Shown: piece by piece, positions 11,262 to 22,259 of the stretch
How the letters are laid out: every line of letters begins with the position of its first letter
Position numbering within the stretch: position 1 is the first letter of the stretch
Origin: Candidatus Cloacimonadaceae bacterium
Lineage (GTDB): Bacteria; Cloacimonadota; Cloacimonadia; Cloacimonadales; TCS61
NCBI GenBank assembly: GCA_942491655.1
Contig: CALOBL010000015.1
Location: forward strand, 2,046-66,045
Length of the DNA: 64,000 bases
Direction of reading: 5' to 3'
Made by a program: the position numbers and the translations under genes
Notes under the pieces: generated by a model
Seen by the model: the letters and a program-made list of their open reading frames with translations, nothing else
Told to the model about the DNA's origin: nothing
Databases searched by the model: none

Positions 11262-14200
11262 TTACGATTCCTTATCAACCAGAAACTCAACATCGAAGCA
11301 TAGTGATTTCAATTCACTAACCAGTACGTTGAACGATTCAGGAATCCCAGGTTTAGGTGGATTCTGTCCGCTGGTGATAGCTTTAAATGCACTGGTTCTG
11401 CCATCAACATCATCAGATTTTATCGTTAACATCTCTTCCAGTAACCGGGAAGCTCCATAAGCTTCCAGGGCCCAGACCTCCATCTCTCCCAGACGCTGAC
11501 CACCATGCTGAGCTTTTCCGCCCAGAGGCTGCTGCGTGATAAGTGAGTAAGGCCCAGTAGAACGGGCATGCATCTTGTCAGCTACAAGGTGATTAAGCTT
11601 TAGCATATACATCACACCAACGGTTACCCTTTCTTTGAAAGGTTGACCCGTTTTTCCATCATACAGAACCTGCTTGCCGTCCTTAGGCAGATTAGCTTTT
11701 TTCATTTCAGCCAGGATATCATCCAGGGTCGCTCCATCAAAAACCGGAGTTTCAACATTAAAACCCAGGATCTTGGCAGCCATGCCCAGATGTGTCTCCA
11801 TGATCTGACCAATATTCATACGGGATGGTACTCCGAGTGGATTGAGTATGATGTCAACGGTCTCACCATTTTCCATGAAAGGCATGTCTTCGATCGGACT
11901 GATCCTGGAAATAACACCTTTATTACCATGACGCCCGGCCATCTTATCTCCAACCTGAACTTTACGTTTTTTGGCAATATAGACTTTAACCATTTTACGA
12001 ACTCCATAAGGAAGCTCGTCTCCATGCTTCAGCCTTTCCTGGATCTTTTTATAAATATTTGTACTCTGCTCCTGAGCAGTTTTAACTTTCTGGATAATAT
12101 TATAATAGATATCCTGATTAGTTGTAGTATCTTCAACCAGATCATACTCAAGATTGAGTTTTTTGAAATTAATTTTCTTCAGATCGTTCTTAGTGATCTT
12201 TTTATTGGAAGGAACATAGAACATGTTTGTTTTGGAATCAACAATGTTCTTGGAAGTTTGTCCTAAAAGAGCTTCAGACAATTTATTCTTCTTGTATTCC
12301 TCAATTCTATCAAGTCTTTCCAGGTGTTCTTTTTTAATTTTCTTTAAGGAAGATTCACGACGGTCCTGTTCTTCGAATTCCTCAACATCTTCCATTCTGG
12401 AAAACACCTTAACATCGATCACAACACCTTCCATACCTGGCTTCGATTTAAGTGAACTGTTGGTGAAATCACCAGCCCTGTCACCAAATAAGGCCCGCAT
12501 AAGATTCTCTTCCGGAGAAGGATCTATGTCCACGTTCTTGGGAGTGATCTTGCCAACGATTATATCGCCTGCTTTCACAACTGATCCAACGCGGATAATA
12601 CCTGTTTTATCAAGATTCCTTAATGATTTTGTGGGAACGTTCGGGATGTCATAAGCAAGTTCTTCCTTGCCGTTCTTCATATTTCTGACCAGAACTTCAT
12701 GCTCTTCTATATATATAGATGTAAGCATATCTTCCCGGGCCACTTTCTCACTTAGAATTATAGCATCTTCAAAATTATAACCATACCAGGGCATGAAAGC
12801 AACCACCATGTTCCTTCCCAAAGCAAGTCTGCCTTCGGAAATTGCCGGTCCGTCAGATATGATGTCTCCCTTATTAACCTTATCTCCGACCTTAACTGTC
12901 GGTCTCTGGTTTATGGAAGTTTCCTGATTGGATTTCATGAATTTCTTTAAATAGATCCTGTTATTAATTCCAATATCAAGGATGTCTTCATCAGGATTGG
13001 TTTTTTCAATATCGATATATGAGCTGGTTGCTTTTTTAATTACACCATCGTAATGAGCCAGCGCTACAGCACCACTGTCCTCTGCCACTATCTTTTCCAT
13101 ACCGGTTCCAATTAATGGAACTTCCGGCTGAATGAGTGGAACAGCCTGTCGTTGCATGTTAGATCCCATCAGGGCTCTGTTAGCATCATCATGTTCCAGG
13201 AAGGGGATAAGTGAAGCAGAAACAGATACAATCTGCTGAGGTGATACATCCATATATTGTACATCGATCGGTTCAACCTGAATAAATTCACCTTTATTTC
13301 TGGCTAATACCAGCTTGTCTGTCATATTAAGATCTTTATCGTAATTTACATTCGATTGTGCAATAGTATAATTTTCTTCATCATAAGGATCAAGATAATC
13401 AACCTGATCTGTGATCTTACCGTCTTCCACCTTTATGTAAGGTGTTTCCAGGAAACCAAGTTCATTTACTCTGGCATACATGGCCGGTGACGAAATCAAC
13501 CCGATGTTGGGTCCCTCAGGAGTTTCGATAGGGCAGACCCTGCCGTAATGAGAATAATGCACATCACGAACTTCAAAGCCTGCTCTTTCCCTGGTCAGAC
13601 CACCGGGTCCCAATGCAGAAAGTCTTCTTTTATGTGTGATTGCACTGAGTGGATTGATCTGTTCCATGAACTGAGATAGCTGACCTGTTAAAAAGAATGA
13701 TTGTACCACAGCTATTAAAGCATTACTGTTGATAAGATCGTGGATGGTAACTTCGTCTGAATTTGCGATAGACATTCTTTCCACAGCGGTTCTGGCCACT
13801 CTGGAGAGCCCAATATTATACTGTTCGGAAAGCAACTCGCCTACTGTTCTTACCCTTCTGTTAGCCAGGTGATCTATATCGTCTATGTGGTCTTCATCTT
13901 TATATACTGCGATCAGGGTTTCTATTATGGCAACCAGGTCTTCTTTTGTAAGAATATGCACCGAGCGGTCAATTTTCAATTTCAGTCTGCTGTTGAGTTT
14001 ATGCCTGCCAACTTCGCCCAGGTTATACCTTCTCTCGTTAAAGAACATACGGTTAAAAAGCTCTTCCGCAATTTCATAAGTAGGTTCCTCACCCGGTCGG
14101 ATCAAGGTATATATCTTTTTCAGAGCTTCTTCCTGATTGGTTGTCTGATCTTTGCCAATTGTATGTTCAAGAATTTTTCTGGTTATTTCGCTGTCCTGCG

Positions 14201-15056
14201 CAATAATATCGATCTTTTTAATACCTGCTGTAATGATGGTCTCAATTTCTTCTTTGCCTATTTCTGCCCCGGCTTCGAGTAAAACAACGCCCGTGTCGGG
14301 ATCAACAATGTCGCAGAAGGTAAAACGTTCTTCAGCATCTTTGGTTTTGATCGTTTCTTTATTGTAGAAGTGTTCCCTCAGGTCATTATTTGTGGAAAGT
14401 CCAACTGCTCTTAATAACACAGTAGCAGGAAGTTTTCTTCTTTTATCGATCAGAACGAACATGGCATCATAGCTGTCCATGGTAAATTCTAACCAGGATC
14501 CGTTATCGGGGATCAATTTAGCGGAATGAAGTAATTTTCCATTGGGATGCTGATTTTCTGAAAAGAAAATACCAGGAGATCTGTGTAGCTGGCTGATAAT
14601 AACTCTTTCAGCGCCATTTATAACGAAAGTTCCGCGGTCTGTAACCAGTGGAATCTCTCCCAGGAAAACATCTTGTTCAATTGTGCTTTTAACCCTTTTT
14701 TCACCTGATTCTTTAAGAATATCCTCATCAAATATGATCAAACGCATCCTGGCTTTGATCGGAGCCTGATAAGAAAGATTTCTCTCAATACATTCATCCG
14801 TTGAATATTTCTCTTTTAAGGACAATATAATCAATGAATTCTAATCTGATAAATACCTTTCTGATCTTCAAGAGGGAAAACTGAAGTTAAGTACATGCTG
14901 TAACCCTCTGTCATCACGCTTCATGGGATGGACATCTTTCTGCAGGAATGCATTGAAAGAATCAATTTGCATAGCAAGCAGATTGGGTACCATTACGGAA
15001 GGAAGCCCGTTCTTCAAAGCATTTTTGCTTATTCGGGAATAACTTTTGAATTTCAA
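11262..15056 (-). CDS. rpoB: RNA polymerase beta subunit (frameshift errors at about 14830-14880)
   Basis: ORF 14868-15056 (PNLLAMQIDSF) plus ORF 11262-14834 (INGAERVIISQLHRSPG, GDKMAGRHGNKG, GEMEVWALEAYGA); AGGAG RBS before TTG at 15056. Confidence 0.96.
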
Positions 15057-15116
15057 GAGTTCATACTCCTTTTATTATAAAAAAACAATAGAAATTTTAG
15101 AAAAATCTACTGTTGT

Positions 15117-15159
15117 AAAAATAAGGTAACGGAAGTGAATAGAAATATTCACTTCCGTT
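15117..15159 (-). terminator. Terminator/attenuator hairpin between rplL and rpoB
   Basis: Perfect 14-bp stem AACGGAAGTGAATA/TATTCACTTCCGTT (15128-15159) followed by a U-rich tract on the minus strand. A second, imperfect hairpin lies at about 15084-15114. Confidence 0.75.
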
Positions 15160-15172
15160 GTTTAAAATTGAA

Positions 15173-15547
15173 TTATTTGATTTCAGCAGTTGCACCTGAT
15201 TCTTCAATTTGAGCTTTGATTGATTCTGCTTCTTCTTTTGAAACACCTTCAACAACTGGTTTTGGAGCAGTGTCAACTAATTCTTTAGCTTCTTTCAAAC
15301 CTAATTTTGTGATCGCTCTTACAACTTTGATTGCCTGGATTTTCTTGGCTCCTGCATTGGTTAAAATTACATCAAATTCAGTTTTTTCTTCTACTGCTTC
15401 TGCTGCAACTGGAGCTGCTGCTACTGCTGCAACTGGAGCTGCTGCTGTTACACCAAACAGTTCTTCGAGTTCTTTTACAAGTTCAGATAACTCGATTACA
15501 CTCATCTCTTTAATAATATCAATAACTTGTTGTTTTTTATCAGCCAT
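15173..15547 (-). CDS. rplL: 50S ribosomal protein L7/L12
   Basis: [35 protein letters not shown]; GGAGGA RBS supports ATG at 15547. Confidence 0.97.
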   Translation of the reverse strand: MADKKQQVIDIIKEMSVIELSELVKELEELFGVTAAAPVAAVAAAPVAAEAVEEKTEFDVILTNAGAKKIQAIKVVRAITKLGLKEAKELVDTAPKPVVEGVSKEEAESIKAQIEESGATAEIK

Positions 15548-15570
15548 TGTATCCTCCATCATCTATTCTT

Positions 15571-16104
15571 TTATTCTGTTTTTTCTTTTGCAATAGCATC
15601 TACTGCATAGACAAATTTCCTCAGGATTCCCTGAAGTACTCCAACTAAACCTGTCATTGGAGCATTGAAACCTTGAAGTATCATCGAGATTAAAACTTCC
15701 TTACCAGGTAAGGCGGCCAATTTGACCAGCTGCTCCGGTCCGAAAAGGTCTCCTGTTACCAGTCCCATTTTGAAGGATGGGAAAGCTTTGTCTTTTGTTA
15801 CTTCTTTTTTGAATTTAGCTAGTTCACGGGCTGGAGCTACTTCATCTTCTTTTGAACAACAGCAACAGCAGTAGGACCCCACCAGTGTCGTCAAGGTCTG
15901 TGATTCCCAAGATCGTTAAGTGCGATTTTGATGAAAGTGTTCTTAGAAACAAAATAATCTACTTTTGCATCTACGCATTCTGTTACGAAGTTCATCAACT
16001 TCTTCTATATTAACACCTTTGTAATCTATCAATACGATTGATTTTGCATCTTCTAGTCGATCTTTGATTCTTTTAACTTCTTCAATTTTATAAGGTTGTG
16101 CCAT
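15571..16104 (-). CDS. rplJ: 50S ribosomal protein L10 (several apparent frameshifts)
   Basis: Manual: ATG at 16104, MAQPYKIEEVKRIKDRLEDAKSIVLIDYKGVNIEEVDELRNRMR; C-terminus LAALPGKEVLISMILQGFNAP in ORF 15571-15894; position between rplA and rplL. Confidence 0.9.
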
Positions 16105-16114
16105 AACTCACCTC

Positions 16115-16819
16115 CTACTTCTTAGACTCTAAGTTGTCAGCAGCTGTTACATCAAGTTTAATACCAGGACCCATTGTTGAAGTAACGGTAATACTTTTGA
16201 TGAAAACACCTTTTAACGCAGCTGGTCTTTCTCTTAAAACTGCTGTGATAATTGTTAAAATGTTTTCTTTTAACTTTGGCAATTCAAAACTCAGTTTTCC
16301 AGCAATCATATGAAGATTGGATAACTTATCTACACGATAGGTAATTTTTCCGCCTTTGGAATCACTTACAGCTTTTTCGATATCCATTGTCACAGTCCCG
16401 ACTTTCGGGTTGGGCATCAGTCCACGTGGACCAAGTACTTTACCCAGCCTACCAATTTTACCCATTAAATTGGGTGTGGCAATTACCACGTCAAAATCAA
16501 GCCAGCCAGAATTGATCTTTTCTACATACTCATCAACTCCAACATAATCGGCTCCGGCTTTGGTAGCATCATCGGCTTTCTCTCCCTCAGCAAAGACAAG
16601 TACTCTGTTTACACGACCTGTCCCGTGAGGTAATACTAGGGAATTTCTGATCTGTTGATCTGCTTTTCGAGGGTCTACGCCAAGATTAAAATGAAGTTCA
16701 ACGGTTTCATCGAATTTAGCTTTTGGATATTTCAAAAGCAATTCTAGAGCTTCGTTGAGCTCATATCTTTTTGTTTTGTCGATCATCGTATGAGCTTGTT
16801 TGTACCTTTTACTAGCCAT
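16115..16819 (-). CDS. rplA: 50S ribosomal protein L1
   Basis: [40 protein letters not shown]. Confidence 0.98.
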   Translation of the reverse strand: MASKRYKQAHTMIDKTKRYELNEALELLLKYPKAKFDETVELHFNLGVDPRKADQQIRNSLVLPHGTGRVNRVLVFAEGEKADDATKAGADYVGVDEYVEKINSGWLDFDVVIATPNLMGKIGRLGKVLGPRGLMPNPKVGTVTMDIEKAVSDSKGGKITYRVDKLSNLHMIAGKLSFELPKLKENILTIITAVLRERPAALKGVFIKSITVTSTMGPGIKLDVTAADNLESKK

Positions 16820-16905
16820 TTACACTCCTTTTTCGATAATCTCCTGCTTTACATATGAAAGTTGTTCAAGTTTAGAATTAAAACTCAAACAGTTGGTCGA
16901 TTAAA

Positions 16906-17338
16906 TTATTCTACGACCTCGACTCCCATATTTCTTGCAGTACCTTCGATCATACGCATTGCCCCTTCCAGGTTATATGCGTTAAGGTCTTTCATCTTTA
17001 TCTCAGCGATCTTTTTTACAGACGCTTTTGTAATCTTGCCTACTTTTTCACGATTTGGTACTCCTGAACCTTTTGCTAAACCGGCTTCTTTTTTTATAAG
17101 AACTGCTGCCGGAGGAGTTTTTATCTCAAATGTATAAGATTTGTTTTTGTTTACATAAATTACAACCGGAAAAATCATTCCGGGAGAATCTTTTGTTTTA
17201 TCGTTGAAAGCTTTACAGAATTCACCAATATTAATACCAGCTTGTCCCAAGTGCAGGACCTACTGGAGGAGCTGGTGTTGCTTTACCGGCAGGTAATTGT
17301 AATTTTACTACATGTTCTACATCTTTTGGTTTTGCCAT
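16906..17338 (-). CDS. rplK: 50S ribosomal protein L11 (frameshift near 17250)
   Basis: ATG at 17338: [30 protein letters not shown], then [15 protein letters not shown]...TARNMGVEV after removing one G. Confidence 0.95.
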
Positions 17339-17351
17339 TTTTACCTCTTTA

Positions 17352-17877
17352 TTACATATTTTCTACTTGATCGATTTGAACTTCCACTGGTGTAATCCTG
17401 CCAAAAACAGTAACTTTAACAGTAAGTTTTTTCTATCTTCACTGATTTTATCGATTATTCCTTCAAAATCACTGAAAGGACCGGCTGTGATCTTGACCAT
17501 ATCACCAGGTAATATATTCATAATTTCTCTTTCTCAGAATCTTTATCTCTATCAGCAATACCAAGAAGTTTATTTACTTCGTTTTCAGATAAAGGCTGAG
17601 GTTTTTTTCCAGCCCAGAAAATGAGTTACACCAGGGAATATTCAGGATAAAAGAATAAACTTCAGGAGTAAGCTCTGCTTCAATAATTATATAACTGTTG
17701 AATAATTTTTTCTCACGTTCTACTTTTTTCCCATCTCGAATATGAAACGTTTTCTGGGTTGGAATCAGAATCTGGCCGATCTTGTCTTCCAATCTCTGTT
17801 TCTTGGATACCTTTTTCAATTGCTTCTTTGATTTTAAATTCATGAGAAGCATAAGTGTGAACGACATACCATTTCAT
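17352..17877 (-). CDS. nusG: Transcription antitermination factor NusG (multiple apparent frameshifts)
   Basis: ATG at 17877: [13 protein letters not shown]; ILIPTQ...[11 protein letters not shown]; KOW region [18 protein letters not shown]; ends [15 protein letters not shown]. Confidence 0.9.
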
Positions 17878-17882
17878 AAGCT

Positions 17883-18079
17883 TATCCCTTTCAAAAACAA
17901 AATGTTACTGATTAAAAATGAAAAAATCCGCATCAACTAACGATAAAAATATAGCTACAATCGTCGACATGATAATAACTACAGTCGTACCTTCTTTTAA
18001 GGTCAGCTCTAGACGGCCAGGATACATATCCCATCTCTGATCTAACATTCTTTAAAAAAGTGAAAAATCTCTTAAACAT
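17883..18079 (-). CDS. secE: Preprotein translocase SecE (apparent frameshifts; 3' end approximate)
   Basis: Manual: MFKRFFTFLKNVRSEMGYVSWPSRADL then a hydrophobic segment TTVVIIMSTIVAIFLSLVD; canonical position between tRNA-Trp and nusG. Confidence 0.85.
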
Positions 18080-18111
18080 AATCTCTCATTCCTGTTTTTT
18101 AATAAAAAGAA

Positions 18112-18187
18112 TGGCAGGTCAGGCAGGACTTGAACCCGCAACCCCCGGTTTTGGAGACCGGTGCTCTACCAATTGAGCTACTAACCT
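18112..18187 (-). tRNA. trnW: tRNA-Trp(CCA)
   Basis: Cloverleaf AGGTTAG.../...CTGACCT-G-CCA, anticodon loop CT-CCA-AA, GGTTCAA T-loop. Confidence 0.95.
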
Positions 18188-18198
18188 ACACAAATCTT

Positions 18199-18348
18199 TT
18201 ATCTAGTCTGTTTATGTTCAGTATGCGTTCTGCAAAAAGGGCAGTATTTCTTATATGTTACCCTTTCAGGATGTGTTCTTCTGTTTTTCTGTGTAGTATA
18301 ATTCCTGTTCTTGCATTTTTCGCAGGCTAGAATAATTATTTCTCTCAT
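18199..18348 (-). CDS. rpmG: 50S ribosomal protein L33 (Zn-binding C+ type, 49 aa)
   Basis: Manual: MREIIILACEKCKNRNYTTQKNRRTHPERVTYKKYCPFCRTHTEHKQTR; below the ORF-track cutoff. Confidence 0.95.
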   Translation of the reverse strand: MREIIILACEKCKNRNYTTQKNRRTHPERVTYKKYCPFCRTHTEHKQTR

Positions 18349-18374
18349 TACTGATCCTAATTTATTTTATTCTT

Positions 18375-19565
18375 TTATTCATTAATAGCGCTTACAACGC
18401 CAGCGCCAATAGTTCTTCCACCTTCACGGATAGCAAAGCGAAGACCTTTCTCCATTGCGATCGGAGTTATCAGTTCTGCTGATATGGTTACATTATCACC
18501 AGGCATTACCATCTCTACACCTTCAGGTAAAGTAAGACTTCCGGTCACGTCTGTTGTACGGAAATAGAACTGAGGCCTGTAACCAGTGAAAAATGGTTTA
18601 TGTCTTCCACCTTCATCTTTGGTAAGAATATAGGTCTCACCTCTGAATTTTGTGTGAGGTGTGATTGATTTTGGCTTAGCAAGTACCATGCCACGTTCGA
18701 TATCATCTTTTGCTACTCCACGAAGAAGGATTCCTACATTGTCACCAGCTTCTCCCTGATCCAGAAGCTTACGGAACATCTCTACTCCTGTACAGGTAGT
18801 CTCGCGGGTATCTCTAATTCCTACGATCTCTACTTTCTCACCAACTTTGACTACACCACGTTCGATTCTTCCTGTGGCAACTGTTCCTCTACCGGAAATT
18901 GAAAATACATCTTCCACCGGCATCAGGAATGGCTTGTCTTTGTCTCTGTCAGGAAGCGGAATATATCTGTCTACTTCTGCCATCAGTTCGATGATAGCTC
19001 TTTCACCTTCTTCTTCTCCGTTCAATGCTTTTAAAGCTGATCCTGTTACGATCGGAATCTCGTCTCCAGGAAATTCATATTCGCTTAATAATTCTCTTAC
19101 TTCCAACTCAACAAGCTCCAGAAGCTCAGGATCATCTACCAGGTCGGCTTTATTAAGGAATACACACATTGCCGGTACACCTACCTGACGGGCCAGAAGA
19201 ATATGCTCTCTGGTCTGTGGCATCGGGCCGTCTGCTGCACTTACTACCAGAATTGCTCCGTCCATCTGAGCGGCTCCGGTGATCATGTTCTTTACATAAT
19301 CTGCGTGACCCGGACAGTCTACGTGAGCATAGTGACGATTGGCTGTTTCATACTCAACGTGAGCTGTAGCTATTGTGATTCCACGCTCTTTCTCTTCTGG
19401 TGCGTTATCGATACTGTCGAATGAACGAAATTCTGCTGCTCCGTCTTTCTGCTTACTTAAAAAAAGTGTGATGGCAGCCGTTAAGGTTGTCTTACCATGG
19501 TCTACATGACCAATTGTTCCAACATTTACATGTGGCTTATTTCTTACAAATTTTGCCTTAGCCAT
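18375..19565 (-). CDS. tuf: Elongation factor Tu
   Basis: [42 protein letters not shown]. Confidence 0.99.
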   Translation of the reverse strand: MAKAKFVRNKPHVNVGTIGHVDHGKTTLTAAITLFLSKQKDGAAEFRSFDSIDNAPEEKERGITIATAHVEYETANRHYAHVDCPGHADYVKNMITGAAQMDGAILVVSAADGPMPQTREHILLARQVGVPAMCVFLNKADLVDDPELLELVELEVRELLSEYEFPGDEIPIVTGSALKALNGEEEGERAIIELMAEVDRYIPLPDRDKDKPFLMPVEDVFSISGRGTVATGRIERGVVKVGEKVEIVGIRDTRETTCTGVEMFRKLLDQGEAGDNVGILLRGVAKDDIERGMVLAKPKSITPHTKFRGETYILTKDEGGRHKPFFTGYRPQFYFRTTDVTGSLTLPEGVEMVMPGDNVTISAELITPIAMEKGLRFAIREGGRTIGAGVVSAINE

Positions 19566-19608
19566 TATTCCTCCTCAAATTATTCGGACTTATTTTATTT
19601 ACTTAAAC

Positions 19609-19684
19609 TGGGGCTCATGACCGGACTTGAACCGGTGACCTCATCCTTACCAAGGATGTGCTCTACCAGCTGAGCTACATGAGC
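19609..19684 (-). tRNA. trnT: tRNA-Thr(GGT)
   Basis: GCTCATG acceptor stem, anticodon loop TT-GGT-AA, encoded CCA. Confidence 0.93.
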
Positions 19685-19692
19685 AGAGAAAA

Positions 19693-19768
19693 TGGAGCGG
19701 GAGACGGAACTCGAATCCGCAACCCTTAGCTTGGAAGGCTAATGCTCTACCAATTGAGCTACTCCCGC
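19693..19768 (-). tRNA. trnG: tRNA-Gly(TCC)
   Basis: GCGGGAG/CTCCCGC acceptor stem, anticodon loop CT-TCC-AA, encoded CCA. Confidence 0.95.
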
Positions 19769-19780
19769 GTTAAAAAAAAA

Positions 19781-19866
19781 TGGTGGAGGGGGGAGGATTC
19801 GAACCTCCGAAGGTATCCACCGACAGATTTACAGTCTGTTCCCTTTGGCCGCTCGGGAACCCCTCC
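19781..19866 (-). tRNA. trnY: tRNA-Tyr(GTA)
   Basis: GGAGGGG acceptor stem, anticodon loop CT-GTA-AA, long variable arm, encoded CCA. Confidence 0.95.
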
Positions 19867-19872
19867 GCATAA

Positions 19873-19947
19873 TGGTGCCGACAGTAGGAATCGAACCCAC
19901 AACCGCTCGATTACAAGTCGAGTGCTCTACCGTTGAGCCATGTCGGC
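19873..19947 (-). tRNA. trnT: tRNA-Thr(TGT)
   Basis: GCCGACA/TGTCGGC acceptor stem, anticodon loop CT-TGT-AA, encoded CCA. Confidence 0.95.
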
Positions 19948-19959
19948 TATTTAAAGTCA

Positions 19960-20070
19960 CGACACAAAAAATAACGCCTTTTTATATGTCAATCATTTTC
20001 ACACATTTATAAATATAATGAGCATCTTGCAACGGACTGTCAAAAAATTTTCTTTGCTATAATATGTCAA
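19960..20070 (-). promoter_or_regulatory. Three tandem putative sigma70-type promoters for the tRNA/tuf superoperon
   Basis: Exact TTGACA on the minus strand at 19987-19992, 20038-20043 and 20065-20070, upstream of tRNA-Thr. Confidence 0.55.
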
Positions 20071-20156
20071 TTTATTTGTTCTTGTTTTTTCTAATTAATT
20101 GCTTGAATTTCCATTAACTTGTTAATGGCTCGTAAATATTAGAATTCTGGCTTAAT

Positions 20157-21548
20157 TTAATCTGTTTCCCAGACCGTTCCCTCTGGGGTGTCTTTCAGCT
20201 TTATTCTTAAGGCAGCCAGTCTGTCTCTAATCCGATCTGCCATAGCCCAGTTCTTTGTATTCTTGAATTCAGCTCGGGATTCCAGTAACAGCCCTATCAG
20301 TTCATTTGAAATATCGCTTATGTTATCTGTGAGTTTCTCTTCTAAATTTGTGAAAAATCCCAACACGTTTCCAAGTTCAACTAATAACTGAGAATAGATT
20401 TTCCTTCTAGGTAATGGTTCATTATTATTTCTTACAACACTAGCTATTTCAAATAGCAGCGCAATAGCTTTTGCTGTATTAAAATCATTACTCATAAATT
20501 CTATAAATAGTTCTCTGGTAACCTTTTTTTCATTATCAGGATCATTGAGATCTTCGTCTTTGAAAGAAAGGTAATCAACGTTTTTTAAACAGCTATAAAA
20601 ATTTTTAACAGCCTGTTTAGACTCTTTTATGATATCTTCATTAAAATCTATGGGACTTCTATAATGTTTCGAGAGAAAGAAAAAGCGAATTGTTTCTGCA
20701 TCATATTTCTTCAGAATATCTCGGGCGGTGAAAAAATTATTCAAACTTTTCGACATTTTTTCACCTTCGATATTTAGATATCCGTTGTGCACCCAAAATT
20801 GTACAAGTTTTTTCCCAGTTGATGCTTCAGCCTGGGCAATTTCATTCTCATGATGTGGGAAAATCAGATCAATACCACCACCATGGATATCAAAAGTATC
20901 GCCTAGTAATTTGCGGGACATAACAACACATTCAGTATGCCAGCCCGGTCGTCCATCACCCCACGGACTGCTCCACTTAGGTTCCCCGGGTTTTGCCTTT
21001 TTCCAAAGCGTAAAATCAGCGGGATGTTCCTTCTGATGATTAGCTTCCACACGTGCTCCAGCTTGAAGATCCTGCAGTTTTTTTCCAGAAAGCTTTCCAT
21101 ATCCCTTAAATTTGGATACTGAAAAATAGACGTCTCCATTTACTTCATAAGCAAAATTCTTATCTTCCAGATCTTTGATGAATTTTATCATTTCATCTAT
21201 ATATTCTGTTGCTTTGGGATGGTGATCTGCAGGTGAAATTTCTAAAGCCCGGCAATCATCAAAAAAAGCTTTGGTGTATTTTTCTGCAATCTTCGAGACT
21301 GGAACTTCTTCCTCAATAGAGCGTTTGATCAATTTGTCATCTATATCAGTAATGTTTCTTACTAAAACAACCTTATTTCCAGTATATTCAAAAAACTTTT
21401 TTACAGCATCAAAAAAAATGAGTGGTCTGGCATTTCCTATATGGAAGTAATTATAAACTGTAGGTCCGCAAACGTACATTTTAATTTTTCCAGCTTCTAC
21501 AGGAACAAATTCTTCCTTTTTCTTGGTCAGTGAATTATAAATCTTCAT
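20157..21548 (-). CDS. cysS: Cysteine--tRNA ligase
   Basis: MYVCGPTVY, HIGN, GRPGWHTEC, DIHGGG.DL.FPHHENE, KMSKS. Confidence 0.97.
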   Translation of the reverse strand: MKIYNSLTKKKEEFVPVEAGKIKMYVCGPTVYNYFHIGNARPLIFFDAVKKFFEYTGNKVVLVRNITDIDDKLIKRSIEEEVPVSKIAEKYTKAFFDDCRALEISPADHHPKATEYIDEMIKFIKDLEDKNFAYEVNGDVYFSVSKFKGYGKLSGKKLQDLQAGARVEANHQKEHPADFTLWKKAKPGEPKWSSPWGDGRPGWHTECVVMSRKLLGDTFDIHGGGIDLIFPHHENEIAQAEASTGKKLVQFWVHNGYLNIEGEKMSKSLNNFFTARDILKKYDAETIRFFFLSKHYRSPIDFNEDIIKESKQAVKNFYSCLKNVDYLSFKDEDLNDPDNEKKVTRELFIEFMSNDFNTAKAIALLFEIASVVRNNNEPLPRRKIYSQLLVELGNVLGFFTNLEEKLTDNISDISNELIGLLLESRAEFKNTKNWAMADRIRDRLAALRIKLKDTPEGTVWETD

Positions 21549-22098
21549 TATTTTCTACCTCAGTACTTGGCGATAAAACAGTTACTGCACTATCTCCATA
21601 ACTTTTATCATAGATAATTATATCATGAAATTCTTCATTTAACTCTTCTTGTCTGGATCTCTCAACGATTATCTTACCATTTTCGGAAAGAATATTATTC
21701 TTGAAAATAAGCTCTATGACCGGGTTTACTAGATCTTTATTATATGGCGGGTCCATAAAGATCAGGTCATATTGCGTTTCCTCATTATTGAGAAATGCTG
21801 ACACTTTCTTTTTGTAGATCCTGCATTCTGTTTCACATCTCAATTTTAAAATATTTGCACGCATAGCTTTTATCGCATTAATGGACATATCCACCATTAC
21901 GCTTCGAGTAGCTCCTCTACTTAAAGCTTCTATACCCAGGGCACCACTACCGGCAAAAAGGTCTAATACGGTTTTTCCGGAACAATTGCCAGTAACTGAA
22001 AACATAACTTCTTTCAGGAAGTCAGTTGTAGGTCTGGTATTTCGGCCCTTTACTGTTATCAGATTTGCTTTTTTGAATTTTCCGGTGATTACTCTCAT
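21535..22098 (-). CDS. rsmD: 16S rRNA m2G966 methyltransferase
   Basis: MRVITG, RPTTD, LDLFAGSGALGIEALSRGA, FMDPPY. Confidence 0.92.
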   Translation of the reverse strand: MRVITGKFKKANLITVKGRNTRPTTDFLKEVMFSVTGNCSGKTVLDLFAGSGALGIEALSRGATRSVMVDMSINAIKAMRANILKLRCETECRIYKKKVSAFLNNEETQYDLIFMDPPYNKDLVNPVIELIFKNNILSENGKIIVERSRQEELNEEFHDIIIYDKSYGDSAVTVLSPSTEVENNEDL

Positions 22099-22253
22099 TT
22101 TTCTTTTTTAGGAAATGTGAATTTGATTTCCAGCTGCTGAGGTTTGAATTGAAAATTAGGGCATCCCAGCAGGATTTTATCTGAAGTCTGTTTGCAATTG
22201 TTTATGCATTTCAAACATAATTTATTGTAATTTATTTTTTCTTTTTTTTTCAT
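22095..22253 (-). CDS. Small 52-aa Cys-rich protein (CxxCxxxC...C), absent from the ORF track
   Basis: Manual: MKKKEKINYNKLCLKCINNCKQTSDKILLGCPNFQFKPQQLEIKFTFPKKEK; its TGA overlaps the rsmD ATG (ATGA) and its ATG is 6 nt after the upstream stop. Confidence 0.65.
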   Translation of the reverse strand: MKKKEKINYNKLCLKCINNCKQTSDKILLGCPNFQFKPQQLEIKFTFPKKEK

Positions 22254-22259
22254 CTAATT

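Noticed and set aside
15571-15894. Poly-Cys stretch (YCCCCCSK) in ORF 15571-15894
   Set aside because: Wrong-frame reading of GPTAVAV in rplJ caused by nearby indels.
19609-19612. C at the discriminator position of tRNA-Thr(GGT)
   Set aside because: It lies in a C-run in an error-prone region, and the discriminator is not a major ThrRS identity element.
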